Source: Octopus bimaculoides (taxonomy: Eukaryota). Taken from it: 43,490 bases of DNA. Below are positions 1 to 11,481 of this stretch, piece after piece. Position numbers and translations under genes: made by a program. The DNA lies in NCBI RefSeq assembly GCF_001194135.2, contig NC_069007.1:329491-372980 (forward strand). Reading direction: 5' to 3'. The notes under the pieces are model-generated. The model had not been told where the DNA came from, did not search any database, and saw nothing but the letters and a program-made list of their open reading frames with translations. Numbering within the stretch: position 1 is the stretch's first letter; each line of letters opens with the position of its first letter.

Positions 1-33
1 GGTGGGGTGGGGTGGGATGGTGTGGGGCGGGGG
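1..33. repeat. G-rich (GGGGT)n-like tract, possible G-quadruplex
   Basis: ggtggggtggggtgggatggtgtggggcggggg at the window start. Confidence 0.6.
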
Positions 34-691
34 TAATTAAGCTTCGGGCTTGCCGCTTCGTTGACGCTATTCAAAAGTTCTTTCTTTGCTGTTGTCTTGT
101 GTAACACCTTGTGCAGTTGCAATCGTTTGTTGTTTAGCCCCAGGAACCTTGTTTAAACAGACCTGTGATCAAATATGATCAAACAGGGTGTTCTAACCGT
201 CATCCCCCTATTCTTCCTTTCATTATGTCCCTCCCTTTTTCTTCAAAATAATTGAGGGAGGCCTTATAGGATAATGTAATAATTGTTACGGTTTCCGATA
301 AAAATGACGGAAACGTCATAGTTAGAAATGATAAAATCAAATGTTTGCTGAGCCACACCTGACCGAGGGCTAAACAATTCACATATTCATGGTTTCCATG
401 ACGTCACTGTAACCGTCTCCAATCTCTGATTCACAAACTTTTTCTATCTTCTCTTTGTCAAATACGTAACTCTACCGTAATCGCCTTTGCTCTGCAGAAG
501 CCATCGGTGTTCTGCTACCCACCTCCACATTCAGACACTCGTTTTGCCTTCTCTCGTACCTATATCGAGTCTATGAACTCTAGTTCTCGAATAAATAACC
601 GTCTGTTGTCCTTCTTCACCCGGATATGACACCTCGGGAAAATTTCTTCCCTGCACATGTTTTCCTTCGTTGAATTGCAACGCCAACTTTG

Positions 692-790
692 TCAATTTTT
701 CGGGCCAAGGAGGGGCCGTGAAAGCTATTGCCGAATAAACCTCAATTTCTCGGGCCAAGGAAGGACGGTAAAAGCTATTGCCGTATAAAC
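692..790. repeat. Two tandem copies of a 50-bp unit
   Basis: cgggccaagg at 701 and 751; aaagctattgccg(a/t)ataaac in both units. Confidence 0.85.
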
Positions 791-914
791 AGACTCAGCC
801 AATAAAAATGCATGTTTGGGAGTAATTACATGAAAATGAATCTCCGTTGTTTTCGACGGTGAAAAGTCAATTGTTTGGTCAACTTAGTTACCTGCCCCTG
901 AATGTATGTGTATT

Positions 915-1242
915 GGTACTCCGTCGGTTACGACAGTGAGTGGTTCCAGTTGATCCGATCAACAGGACCCTTGCTCCTGAAATTAACATGCAGGTGGTTG
1001 AGCATACTACAGACACGTATACCCTTTAGGTGATTCTCAGGGAGATCTAGCGTGACACACGGAATGTGATAAGGCTGGCCCCGTTTGAATTACAGCTACG
1101 ATTACTTTTTTGCCAATTGAGTAGGCTGGAGCATTGTGAAATAAAGTGTCTTGCTCAAGGACACAAAGCGTCGCTGCGAATCGAACTCACGACCTTACAG
1201 TCGTGAGTCGAATACCCTGACCATTAAGCCACGCTCCTTCAC
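915..1242 (-). mobile_element. tRNA-derived SINE, family C
   Basis: Minus strand reads gtgaaggagcgtggcttaatggtcagggtattcgactcacgactgtaaggtcgtgagttcgattc (A-box and B-box), then tgtgtccttgagcaagacacttt; related copy at 17960-18113. Confidence 0.8.
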
Positions 1243-1374
1243 TGATCACAAAATGTTATTTGAGAGAGATTTCACAATTATCTTACAGATTCAGTGACTG
1301 TGTCGGTTTGCCCCACTGACTCATTGCTGCTATGTCTGCAACCCCAGGTCAATACTATATCGTGTGTAATTATC

Positions 1375-1520
1375 ACCAAAGACATACCGACCGTGACCTA
1401 TCCGTCGTTTCTTTACAGGCACGGAGCGTTTAAGAGGTCCATTACCTTGATTCACGATGGAGAGAAATTTGGCTGCCATTTCTAGCAAATTGCACAGTTA
1501 GGTAGACCTTCTATCGGTCT
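1375..1520 (+). repeat. Dispersed repeat, family D
   Basis: Motif atttggctgccatttctagc recurs at 31676-31695 and reversed near 8445-8470; tgtttagcccc motif also at 131. Confidence 0.55.
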
Positions 1521-1924
1521 TGTTGATTTTGTCGTTTTTGTTGTCAGTTACACTGACGTCGTTAATCGATATTTAATCGATTTCTGATACTGGCAGAGAG
1601 CCACACAGTCTTTGAAGACTGTATCGATTCTATCAATACTGGTACAGTTACAGACACAGGCACACACACACACGTACTATAAAGATACACACAAACACAG
1701 ATACACAGACATCTATCTATATATATATATATATATGTACACACACACACACACACACATATATATACACACGTAACCGAAAACAACCTTCAGTCGCAAA
1801 CGAGTGTGACCAGGTCGCATGTATCGCGTTTTCGCAAATTGTTTTAGGGGCCTCTGCAGTCAGGAACAGACATACAGCTTCCAACCCCCGCCTCCACACC
1901 TTTGTGTTAACAGAACACTGAAGC

Positions 1925-2475
1925 TTGGGCCGACCAAAGCCTTGTGAGTGGATCTGGGAGACGGAAACTGAAAGTAGCCTATCATATATATATATATATA
2001 ATAATAATATTAGGGCCAAAATCCAAAATTACAGGTAAAAAACTCAATTAAAATTAAATTGAGCCTTATAGATAAAGTATATATAAAATATATAGTTTTA
2101 GGGAAAATAACCAATTTTCAAGAACTCATCGATGAAAATCCACTATCACATATAGAAAAATTAATAATTAAAGGCACAATAAATGAGTATAATATAAAGT
2201 AAAGTAAATATCATTAGATAAATATAATATAATATAATATAATAAATATAATATAATATAATATGTATATATATATATATATGCACTCATACACACATAC
2301 ATATGTGTTTCTCTGCTTTGTTCCCACCACCTCTGAACAACCGGTGTTAGTGTGCTTATATCCCCGTAAGCTAGCGTTTCGGCAAAAGATTCCGATATAA
2401 TAAGCGATGCAATAAGTACCAGGCTTAAAGAAATATTAAGCAAGACCGCAATCTAATGACGGAAACACATAAAAG
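1925..2475 (+). mobile_element. SINE family A body and 3' part, interrupted in its (TA)n middle
   Basis: gggccgaccaaagccttgtgagtggatctgggagacggaaactgaaag at 1927; caaccggtgttagtgtg...ttcggcaaaag...aataagtaccaggctt at 2337-2427. Confidence 0.8.
2011..2173 (+). repeat. AT-rich TAGGG-initiated repeat nested in a SINE, possibly PLE pLTR-derived
   Basis: tagggccaaaatccaaaattacagg next to (TA)n; hairpin ctcaatt..aattgag; 10-bp palindrome tcatcgatga; similar reversed copy at 34430-34544. Confidence 0.45.
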
Positions 2476-2756
2476 TCAAAAGTTAAATGATGCAACGAAT
2501 AGTCTTCATTGAACTGGTACCGAAAGGATGTTACAATCGTCAGAATAATATTATTAACTGCGTTCAACTTGCTTTGGTAGAGATTTGTTAAATGGAGGAT
2601 ATTAAATATATGATAGAGTTGACGTAGAGCTTAACAGCATTGGTCGGTTGTATTAAGGCTGACCATTGGTTAAACTTTTTTTCCTTTTCGAAAAGAAAAG
2701 CCCTACATTTGTATTCGTCCCCTCTGTGTTCACAGCCCTGTGTGGCCAATAAAGAA

Positions 2757-2950
2757 AGTTATCATCATCATCATCGTCACTGTCTTCCTCCTCCTCGTCA
2801 TCATTATAATCATCGTCAGCATTTCATCATCATAAACGTCAACATCTTAACCCCACCCCCATTATCATCATCGTCGTCGTTCTCTTCCTCCTCTTCCTCC
2901 TCCTCCTCCTCATCATCATCATCATGGCCATCATCCTTATTATCATCAAA
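2757..2950. repeat. (CAT)n/(CCT)n trinucleotide microsatellite complex
   Basis: Direct reading; explains the His/Ser-rich ORF 2640-3062. Confidence 0.9.
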
Positions 2951-3557
2951 AACAACGACAACGACTGCGGAATCGACTGACAATCGCCATAAATGTCCCC
3001 TTGCATACGGAAGTCATCTTAAATATGTTGCACGTTCAGAAGTACAAAGAAAGAAAATATGAAAAGAAACAAAACAAAATGTCTACTTGATTGGATGGCA
3101 TTTACAATTACGCTGAAAACTACGGAGGAAGAGTGTAAAAACGCGCACAGAAGATTGGGAATGATTAGAAAATGGAAACAGCTGCGAGCAAAGGTGGGAA
3201 GTGGCATAAGTAGCGCAAACTAATTCCGAGAAAAGAACTAAATAGGGGGGGGGGAATAACAAAAATATATTTATAGGAAAAAGCTGAAATGTAATATGCA
3301 CATATATTGTTAGGTGCATGTAATTGCAAACGTGTATATAGAATGAGAAAACGCCCATTTAAGTGTAAATGTATCAAGACATCATTACAGCATGTAACTA
3401 CAGAAAGAAATGGAAATCAAATAACGAAACAAACTTTAGACTGGAAGAGAAACGCTTAAAAATGCATCGCACAAAATATATAAAGATAAAATATATGAAA
3501 CGAGGAATGGTTTTAGACAGGAGCATGTATATATATATACATATATATATATATATA

Positions 3558-3778
3558 CTGGGGGTGATAAATTGAATATTAATTTAATTAACATCAATTT
3601 AAAACCAGTGGCCTAGCATATAAAAAAATCTGAACATTCAGAAAAATTGTATTACATGCGTATAAGAAGGGTTGACCACTAAGTGGACATCTGATATGCT
3701 AGAAAGGGTGGTCGTTAATGACCTCTTTCTAGCATATCGAGTGTCCACTTAGTGGTCATCCCTTCTTATACGCATGTA
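3558..3778. repeat. Dispersed repeat, family P (PLE-like), ending in a 54-bp-arm inverted repeat
   Basis: Arms 3653-3706 and 3725-3778 with about 4 mismatches; ccactaagtggac motif also at ~7587 and reversed at 16030-16080. Confidence 0.75.
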
Positions 3779-3809
3779 TATATATGCGTGTGTGTGTGTN
3801 NNNNNNNNN

Positions 3810-3870
<61 letters not shown>

Positions 3871-3904
3871 ATATATATATATGCGTATGTGCATGTATAT
3901 GGAT

Positions 3905-4076
3905 ATTCTTTTATTCTTTTATTTATTTCAGCCATTTGACTGCGGCCATGCTGGGGTGCCGGCTTTTGTCGAACAAATCGACCCCAGAAATTATTCGTTG
4001 TAAGCCTAGTATTTATTCTATCGGTTTTTATTTTGCCAATCCGCTATGTTACGCAAACGTAAACACACAAACATCG
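3905..4076 (-). mobile_element. SINE family A, 3' part
   Basis: catttgactgcggccatgctgg and gcctagtatttattctatcgg are reverse complements of the family A tail. Confidence 0.85.
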
Positions 4077-5774
4077 NNNNNNNNNNNNNNNNNNNNNNNN
4101 NNNNNNNNNNNNNNNNNNNNNNNNNNNNNNNNNNNNNNNNNNNNNNNNNNNNNNNNNNNNNNNNNNNNNNNNNNNNNNNNNNNNNNNNNNNNNNNNNNNN
4201 NNNNNNNNNNNNNNNNNNNNNNNNNNNNNNNNNNNNNNNNNNNNNNNNNNNNNNNNNNNNNNNNNNNNNNNNNNNNNNNNNNNNNNNNNNNNNNNNNNNN
4301 NNNNNNNNNNNNNNNNNNNNNNNNNNNNNNNNNNNNNNNNNNNNNNNNNNNNNNNNNNNNNNNNNNNNNNNNNNNNNNNNNNNNNNNNNNNNNNNNNNNN
4401 NNNNNNNNNNNNNNNNNNNNNNNNNNNNNNNNNNNNNNNNNNNNNNNNNNNNNNNNNNNNNNNNNNNNNNNNNNNNNNNNNNNNNNNNNNNNNNNNNNNN
4501 NNNNNNNNNNNNNNNNNNNNNNNNNNNNNNNNNNNNNNNNNNNNNNNNNNNNNNNNNNNNNNNNNNNNNNNNNNNNNNNNNNNNNNNNNNNNNNNNNNNN
4601 NNNNNNNNNNNNNNNNNNNNNNNNNNNNNNNNNNNNNNNNNNNNNNNNNNNNNNNNNNNNNNNNNNNNNNNNNNNNNNNNNNNNNNNNNNNNNNNNNNNN
4701 NNNNNNNNNNNNNNNNNNNNNNNNNNNNNNNNNNNNNNNNNNNNNNNNNNNNNNNNNNNNNNNNNNNNNNNNNNNNNNNNNNNNNNNNNNNNNNNNNNNN
4801 ATATATATATATATATATATACGTGGTCTGATCAATAAGTATCCATTCGAAAAATATATAATGGTAAACTGATAAAATATTAAAGGATTAAAAACTTCAA
4901 ATTCTTTTTTAGTTTTACCCGTTCTCATATTCATCCAGGACGTAGATGAGAATAATTCAGCCAAGTTCTAAATGAACAAAGCAAACTAATTCATTCATCA
5001 ACATTGTAGCTCACTGCAATTTGATTTTTCACTTTCTCTACCCAACTAAGTGTGTATATAAGGCAAGTTAAAATTAATACAGTTTACTTTATGAAACCCG
5101 TGATGATGACAAAATTGTGACACTAGTTAATGAAAGGCTCCCCAACTGTGCCTATTTCCTCTTGCTTTTAGGTTCAAAGAAAACATATACCAAGGCACAG
5201 TGTTGCATCTCAAATTCGGTTTCTGATTCGCTGTCAATGCTTAACATTTAAATGGCGCTGGTTGTAGGAGATTTAGCTGATGGGTCTCCTCTCTCTCTCC
5301 TTCTTCATCGTGGAATGAACTATATTTTCTACCTGACAGATTCTAACTGTCAATTGTATTTTATATTTTCAAGAGTGCATCTTGGGTCAATAGAAATCAA
5401 TATAAAAAACCCCCCAAAATCATGATGTAAAAATCTTGGAAGATGAAAATGAAAATTAATATTTAAATGATTGACACATTCTGTCTGTTAAATAAACACT
5501 TTTCTTAGCTATTTATTCATCGGCGGGTTTCGGAGTATAATAAATATAATCGCCATACATACATACATACATACACACACATACACACACACATACGCCC
5601 TTATGCGTGCATAATGTTTTAAGAGCTATTGAATACACATCTATATACACATGATGTATATGCAATGATTTAATAACAGAAATGTATGTATGTATGTATG
5701 CCTGTATGTATGTATATGTCTGTAAGAATAGATATATTGTTACAAACCCACTATATCGGTCTGACCGTCTAATT

Positions 5775-6339
5775 CAGGAGTGACTGTGTGGTAAGAAGCT
5801 TGCTTCCCAAACACATGGTTCCGGGTTCAGTCCCACTGCGTGGCATCTTGGACAACTGTCTTCTACTATAGCTTCGGGCCGACCAAAGCCTTGTGAGTGG
5901 ATTTGGTAGACGGAAACTGAAAGAAGCCCGTCGTATATATATANNNNNNNNNNNNNNNNNNNNNNNNNNNNNNNNNNNNNNNNNNNNNNNNNNNNNNNNN
6001 NNNNNNNNNNNNNNNNNNNNNNNNNNNNNNNNNNNNNNNNNNNNNNNNNNNNNNNNNNNNNNNNNNNNNNNNNNNNNNNNNNNNNNNNNNNNNNNNNNNN
6101 NNNNNNNNNNNNNNNNNNNNNNNNNNNNNNNNNNNNNNNNNNNNNNNNNNNNNNNNNNNNNNNNNNNNNNNNNNNNNNNNNNNNNNNNNNNNNNNNNNNN
6201 NNNNNNNNNNNNNNNNNNNNNNNNNNNNNNNNNNNNNNNNNNNNNNNNNNNNNNNNNNNNNNNNNNNNNNNNNNNNNNNNNNNNNNNNNNNNNNNNNNNN
6301 NNNNNNNNNNNNNNNNNNNNNNNNNNNNNTATATATATG

Positions 6340-6370
<31 letters not shown>

Positions 6371-6565
6371 GTATTTGTGTGTCCACCCACCATCGCTTGA
6401 CAACCGAGGTTGGTGTGTTTACGTCCCCGTAACTTAGTGGTTCGGCAAAATAGACCGTTAGAATAAGTACTAGGCTTACTAAGTTCAAGGGTCGATTTGT
6501 TCGGCCAGAGGTGGTACTCCAGCATGGCCGCAGTCAAATGATTGAAATAAGAAAAACTAAAAGAA
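5775..6565 (+). mobile_element. Near full-length SINE family A with an N-gap in the (TA)n middle
   Basis: tRNA-like head caggagtgactgtgtggtaagaagcttgc...gggttcagtccc, body gggccgaccaaagcc, tail ccagcatggccgcagtcaaatgattgaaa. Confidence 0.9.
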
Positions 6566-7457
6566 TATATTTTATATATATATATATATACACATCTTAT
6601 CTTTTACTTATCTTATATCTACATACGTGTATATGTGTATGTGTGTGCGCGGGCACATATAGACACATCCATAAACCGCATTAACTTCCACCAGCCTTCA
6701 AGAACATCTTGACAGGTTGTATTTTCATGTGGCACTTTACCAAATAAACATAAAGCCCATCACCATCACGGCTACACTAGCAGTCTATATGTTGTGTGAG
6801 TCGGTACCTCCGTGTGTGTATATTAGTATTTCTATATTTGTTTATACATATATATATTCATATAATTCTTGTGATTATATACGAGAGCGTGTGTGTGTGT
6901 GTGAGTGTTTGAGATTACGTGTGTTATTGATGTAATCAAAGCTGAGATAAATCGTTCGGTTAATTATTAGTTCAGGAATCTCGACATTTGATGTCGCTCT
7001 ATATGTCGGATTGATCATTCGATAAAGATTTAATTCCAACGAAGCTAATGTTACCAGAGATATGGTGCCACTGTTGTAGCAGGATTTTTAATCGGAGGTT
7101 TCGTAGCAAATGAAAAAGCAAACCTCTTGATGTAATATTTATCAAACCTTTAACAACAAGGTTTTGAAGATTCATTTGGAAGGAAGAATCTCCTAAGATC
7201 TTACAATAAATATCTGAAACAATATTTTAACAGGTTGGTTTTATTGAAAATGCTTGAACCGTACTTTTGCGTTTGACTGTTTTCGAGAAACTTTTTGTAG
7301 CAAGGTAATTTAGAAGACATTTCGCGACAGAAAAGGCAGAGTGGTTAGGAAGCTCGTTTTGCAACCCCGTAGTTTCGGTTTCATTACGTATACACACAGA
7401 GACACAGTCAGATACGTACACAGAGGTATATACATTTATATATATTTAATTAACATA

Positions 7458-8040
7458 ATAGGGTAAAAATTTTGATATTAATTAATATCAATTTAATACC
7501 AGGAAACCAGCACATTAAAAGAATCAGAAGATTCAGAAAAAAATTTCTGAGATCTCAAAAGGATTATAGTACTTGTGTATATAAAAGAGACCACTAAGTG
7601 GACTGCTAATGTGCTAGAAGAAGATCACTTAAAAATTCTCGAAGAAAATTCAGCGAAGCAAAAACATGCGGGCGAGACTAGCGAAAATTATAAATACCTA
7701 GGTTATCTGTAGACCATGGTTTCAAAATCAACACTTTCTTAACGAAAGTATGTTTCTCTTCAGTACAGACTGCAATAACGATTATAATCCAACAGAACCT
7801 AGGGCTAGTTGTCTCCAACGAATGAAAACATGTGCACGGGATTCTATTACATACAAAGAGTAATATTCAAAAGTCTTAGTTTTGGCGCGCTAAATTCGGA
7901 AATATCTCTGCAGCAAATAATTTCTGCATCGAATTTACCAACTTTGAGAAACGTGATTATGGTTACTTAAAATAATTGGGTAAAAAATTTGATATTAATT
8001 AATATCAATTTAATACCAGGAAACCAGCACATTAAAAGTT
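7458..8040 (+). mobile_element. Family P element with ~65-bp direct repeats ~517 bp apart (pLTR-like)
   Basis: gggtaaaaa..ttgatattaattaatatcaatttaataccaggaaaccagcacattaaaag at ~7461 and ~7978; each holds the 20-bp palindrome ttgatattaattaatatcaa (7472-7491, 7989-8008). Confidence 0.7.
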
Positions 8041-8072
8041 GGTAAAAACTTGCTAACATCTCAATCTGGAAG

Positions 8073-8205
8073 TTCGGCAAAGGAAACCGATAGAAAAGTA
8101 CCAAGTTGAATGATAAATACTGAGGTAAATTTGGTTGACTAAACCCTTCAAGCCAGTGCCTCAGCATGGCTCCAGCCCCGTGGCCAAAACGTGTGGAAGA
8201 TAAAA
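8073..8205 (+). mobile_element. SINE family A, diverged 3' fragment
   Basis: gttcggcaaaggaaaccgatagaaaagtacc...cagcatggc. Confidence 0.65.
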
Positions 8206-8779
8206 TATCTCTTTATATAATTCTATATTCCAAGATTTTATAAAGAGAAGAAAGAACATCTGGTAAACGATTACACGTTAGATTTCATGGAGTAAAGCTT
8301 TTGTTTTCATATCATAAACCGTGTTTGCTTTCTCGTCTATCCATGTATTTATTGATTGACTGTAACTAGATAGGTAGCACCTGACGTAGCAAGACCTTAA
8401 ATGTCAAACAACCGACAAGAAGCGAGTGTCTATGTGGTCGCATTGTATGCTAGACACTACAGCCAAAACTCACATCTATCACAATACGGAGGAGGAAATA
8501 GAAGATATTATCGTCCAAATACACTTCCGCTGAACAACAATAAAAATCGGAAAGCAAAGTAATCCCGATTGTAATGTCTTTAGTCAGATTGCAACGTCTG
8601 TCTCTTGTTGGGTCCACTCTTGGCCTGACCTTGGGTTAAAATACAATAACAATACAGTAGAAGTCCACATCTACAGAACTGAAAAATGTGGGAGTTTAGC
8701 CATCATATTGAAAGAATCTGGCACCGAAACCAAAGTGCTCGCACCAGAGGTGGGTGCGAGTGGGTTTTGTGTTCGAGTC

Positions 8780-9290
8780 CGCCTTTGGGAGAACGAGGAC
8801 CTTAAGGTAATAGAGAAGCATGTGAGAGTTCCAAATAGAAACAGAAACAAGTGGATTTTTGAAGGCAGAGCAGCAATGCGTCACAGACCAAACTAGTTTC
8901 GACATACGAGGCACCTTGTTTCTGGGACGCGTTAACCATTCAAAAAAAATTCCAGTGCACTCATTGGAACAGGGTGTGGCATTGTAGTGATATCGCTAGA
9001 AACCCGAGACGGTAGCCAGAATGTAAACAACGGCAGATCAACAGAAATATATATAGTTCTAGTGCCATTAACATAGGAGAAACTGGCAGAGAAAAAAAAG
9101 AATCTCTTTGATTGTGGTAAAATTAAAATTTGTCCCTTAAAAACTGAATATTTGAGGAAAAGTTTAGTAGACCAATGTAAGATTACATCAGAAGGAAATT
9201 CCTTTTTTTATGCCGGTGCCTCCCCGACATGCTTTAATCAAGGCAGGCAAACCATTTAAATTCATTTAAGGATAGACTTAAAATACCCAA
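8780..9290 (+). pseudogene. Highly decayed CR1/L2-group LINE RT C-terminus
   Basis: Colinear frame-shifted remnants NEDLK..KHV, YEAPCFWD, HSLEQ, NSFFY and HLNSFKDRL resemble the CR1/L2 ORF2 3' end. Confidence 0.35.
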
Positions 9291-9371
9291 CAGTAGCTCG
9301 AGCAAGTTCGGCTGGTCCCTTAGGGATAAAAACGCTAGCTTTAATATAGATTGGGAAAGAATTAGCATATC

Positions 9372-9746
9372 TTTTTTAATAATCATAGTAACACATGTAA
9401 GACACAGAAAACTTCTATATAATTTATAAAAAGAGGAAAAACATGTAATTGTTTATAGAGGGAATATACCAAATTTTTACATAGAAACACCAGTTGCTTA
9501 ACAGTAGACTCGAACAGGTTTTAAGATATCTGCACACATATGGAAAACCCTTTAAATACTTTCATGCAGGTGGTGGATAGGATAGTATCCGCTACGCAAA
9601 TGTGAGGCACCTGAATTTAAGGGGTAAATGTTATAAAAATATATCTGGTTTAACTTTCAAGTAGTTATTGATATTTTCACCAGCTTAAAATGTCTTTTTT
9701 ATAATCAGAGTAACACATGTAAGACCCAGAAAACTTCTCTATAATC
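9372..9746. repeat. ~52-bp dispersed direct repeat, ~323 bp apart
   Basis: gtaacacatgtaagac(a/c)cagaaaacttct at ~9388 and ~9710. Confidence 0.75.
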
Positions 9747-10053
9747 GAAACCTCAATTAAACAGTACATTTTCCCTATAAACACCATAAATAAGCTCTTT
9801 ATACGACAGACATATAATTATTATCTGACAGAATTATTTAAAATAAATTTTAATTTCTTTAAACCGTTTCAATACATAGCAGTTGTACTAAACATTGAAG
9901 ATATATACGTTGACCTATTTATACAGAACTCTCAGTTTCTTGTTCCAACTAAGGTCGACATGAAATCAAATACAAGCACAAGTTTTATAGTCTTATCATG
10001 TTTCTACAGCTCACTCTCAACACCACTTTCTTTATGCAGCTAAAACCATACTA

Positions 10054-10084
<31 letters not shown>

Positions 10085-10107
10085 GCGTATTTATATATGC
10101 ATACGTT

Positions 10108-10151
<44 letters not shown>

Positions 10152-10555
10152 GGCGCAGGCGTGGCAGTGCTGTAAGAAGCTTGCTTCCCAACTACAGAGT
10201 TCTGGGTTCACTCCCACTGCGTGGTACCTTGGGTAAGTATCTTCTACTATAGGCGTAGGAGTGGCTGTGTGGTAACATGTGGTAACCTCATGGTTCCAGG
10301 CTCGAACCGACCAAAGCCTTGTGAGTGGATTTGGTAGACGAAAACTGAAAGAAGCCCGTCCTACATATAAATATGTATATATCTATTTATGTGTGTCTGT
10401 GTTTGTCCCCACTCCACCGCTTGACAACCGGTGTTAGTGCTTTTATGTCCCCCGTAGTCTAGTGGCTCGGTAAAAGATATCGATAGCATAAGTGCCTGGC
10501 TTAAAACAATAAAGTACTCGGGAGAATACATTCGACTATAAATTCTTCAAAGTGG
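10152..10555 (+). mobile_element. SINE family A with a second truncated head nested at 10252-10300
   Basis: ggcgcaggcgtggc at 10152 and ggcgtaggagtggctgtgtggtaa at 10252; body resumes at ctcgaaccgaccaaagcc. Confidence 0.85.
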
Positions 10556-10609
10556 TCTGCACATTAACGATTAGGTAAATATTCCATAGAATTCTATGGT
10601 GAATACATC

Positions 10610-10751
10610 TGTACTGACAGAGAATTAAGTCCGGGAAAAGCCGAATCGAACGGTGCCTACAGACGAGGCTACAGAATTAGCCGAAACTGAACGGTCAGTA
10701 TAAAGAATTCTCGAACGGTTTTTTCAGGCGATTACAATCCCTGTCAGTACA
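10610..10751. repeat. 142-bp TG...CA element with 11-bp perfect terminal inverted repeats (MITE or short solo LTR)
   Basis: tgtactgacag / ctgtcagtaca; internal direct repeat agccgaa..gaacggt twice; no clean TSD. Confidence 0.5.
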
Positions 10752-10779
10752 CATATATACAATTAAGTGCTTTAAGAAC

Positions 10780-10973
10780 AGCACCAACGCTTTTTAGTTC
10801 TTATTTCTAGCAATGTATGTATTCTACCACCTTAGACTTTTCTGCACAAGATGAAGAACAAAAGTCAGAGATTAATGAGATGGAGTTTATCTTTGCAAGA
10901 ATTTGATCTCAATATTCAACACATTAAAGGTAAAGACAATGTCATTGCGGATGCTCTATCTCGTGCTGGCTAG
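10780..10973 (+). pseudogene. Ty3/Gypsy pol RNase H C-terminus ending in a stop codon
   Basis: 10842-10973 translates [43 protein letters not shown], with the Gypsy RH motif G..N..ADALSR. Confidence 0.9.
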
Positions 10974-11067
10974 TTGTAATGGGATCTTACATGCATTGGT
11001 ATCCCTTATGCAGTTCTCCTAAATTTGTAAATAAGAAAGTTTTCACTGCGTTCAACTTTCTTCCTTT

Positions 11068-11079
11068 AAGGGGAGGGAA
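11068..11079 (+). promoter_or_regulatory. Polypurine tract (PPT)
   Basis: aaggggagggaa directly before TGTTAT. Confidence 0.8.
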
Positions 11080-11417
11080 TGTTATGTATACCTATAATAT
11101 AATGAAGGGTGAGAACTTATCCTATATTTTCCGAAGCTGGCGAGATAAACGTTTGTCAACGACCGTTTGGCAGAAGTGAAATAAACGTTGGTATGGATAA
11201 CCAAATATATATACAGGAAGTTAGCATGGCACGGATAGAACCAAAACGAGAGACGGAGCCGCATACAGGTCGGACCGTTCACCACCTACCTTGAAACAAT
11301 TGAGACTGGACATAATCTCCATCTACGACCATTTACTCCCCTGTTTGAACACTTTGTTGTTGCGATCAGAGGTTTACCCTTTTTTCTTACATTATAATTT
11401 GTCTGATCGTAATAACA
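11080..11417 (+). mobile_element. 3' LTR, 338 bp
   Basis: Starts TGTTAT, ends ATAACA (6-bp inverted termini); TATA-like tataat near 11094; aataaa at 11180; follows the PPT. Confidence 0.8.
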
Positions 11418-11449
11418 AGCAAAAATGTGTATATACATTTATACATGTG

Positions 11450-11481
<32 letters not shown>

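Noticed and set aside
5775-5845. tRNA genes at SINE heads
   Set aside because: They continue directly into SINE bodies and lack a full cloverleaf, so they are annotated as SINEs.
8738-8785. Hairpin ctcgcacc/ggtgcgag plus B-box-like gttcgagtcc as a tRNA
   Set aside because: No T-stem, acceptor stem or A-box.
8677-8806. Possible exon (AAG|gtaata donor) within ORF 8708-8896
   Set aside because: The acceptor lacks a pyrimidine tract, and downstream colinear motifs fit a decayed CR1/L2 LINE better.
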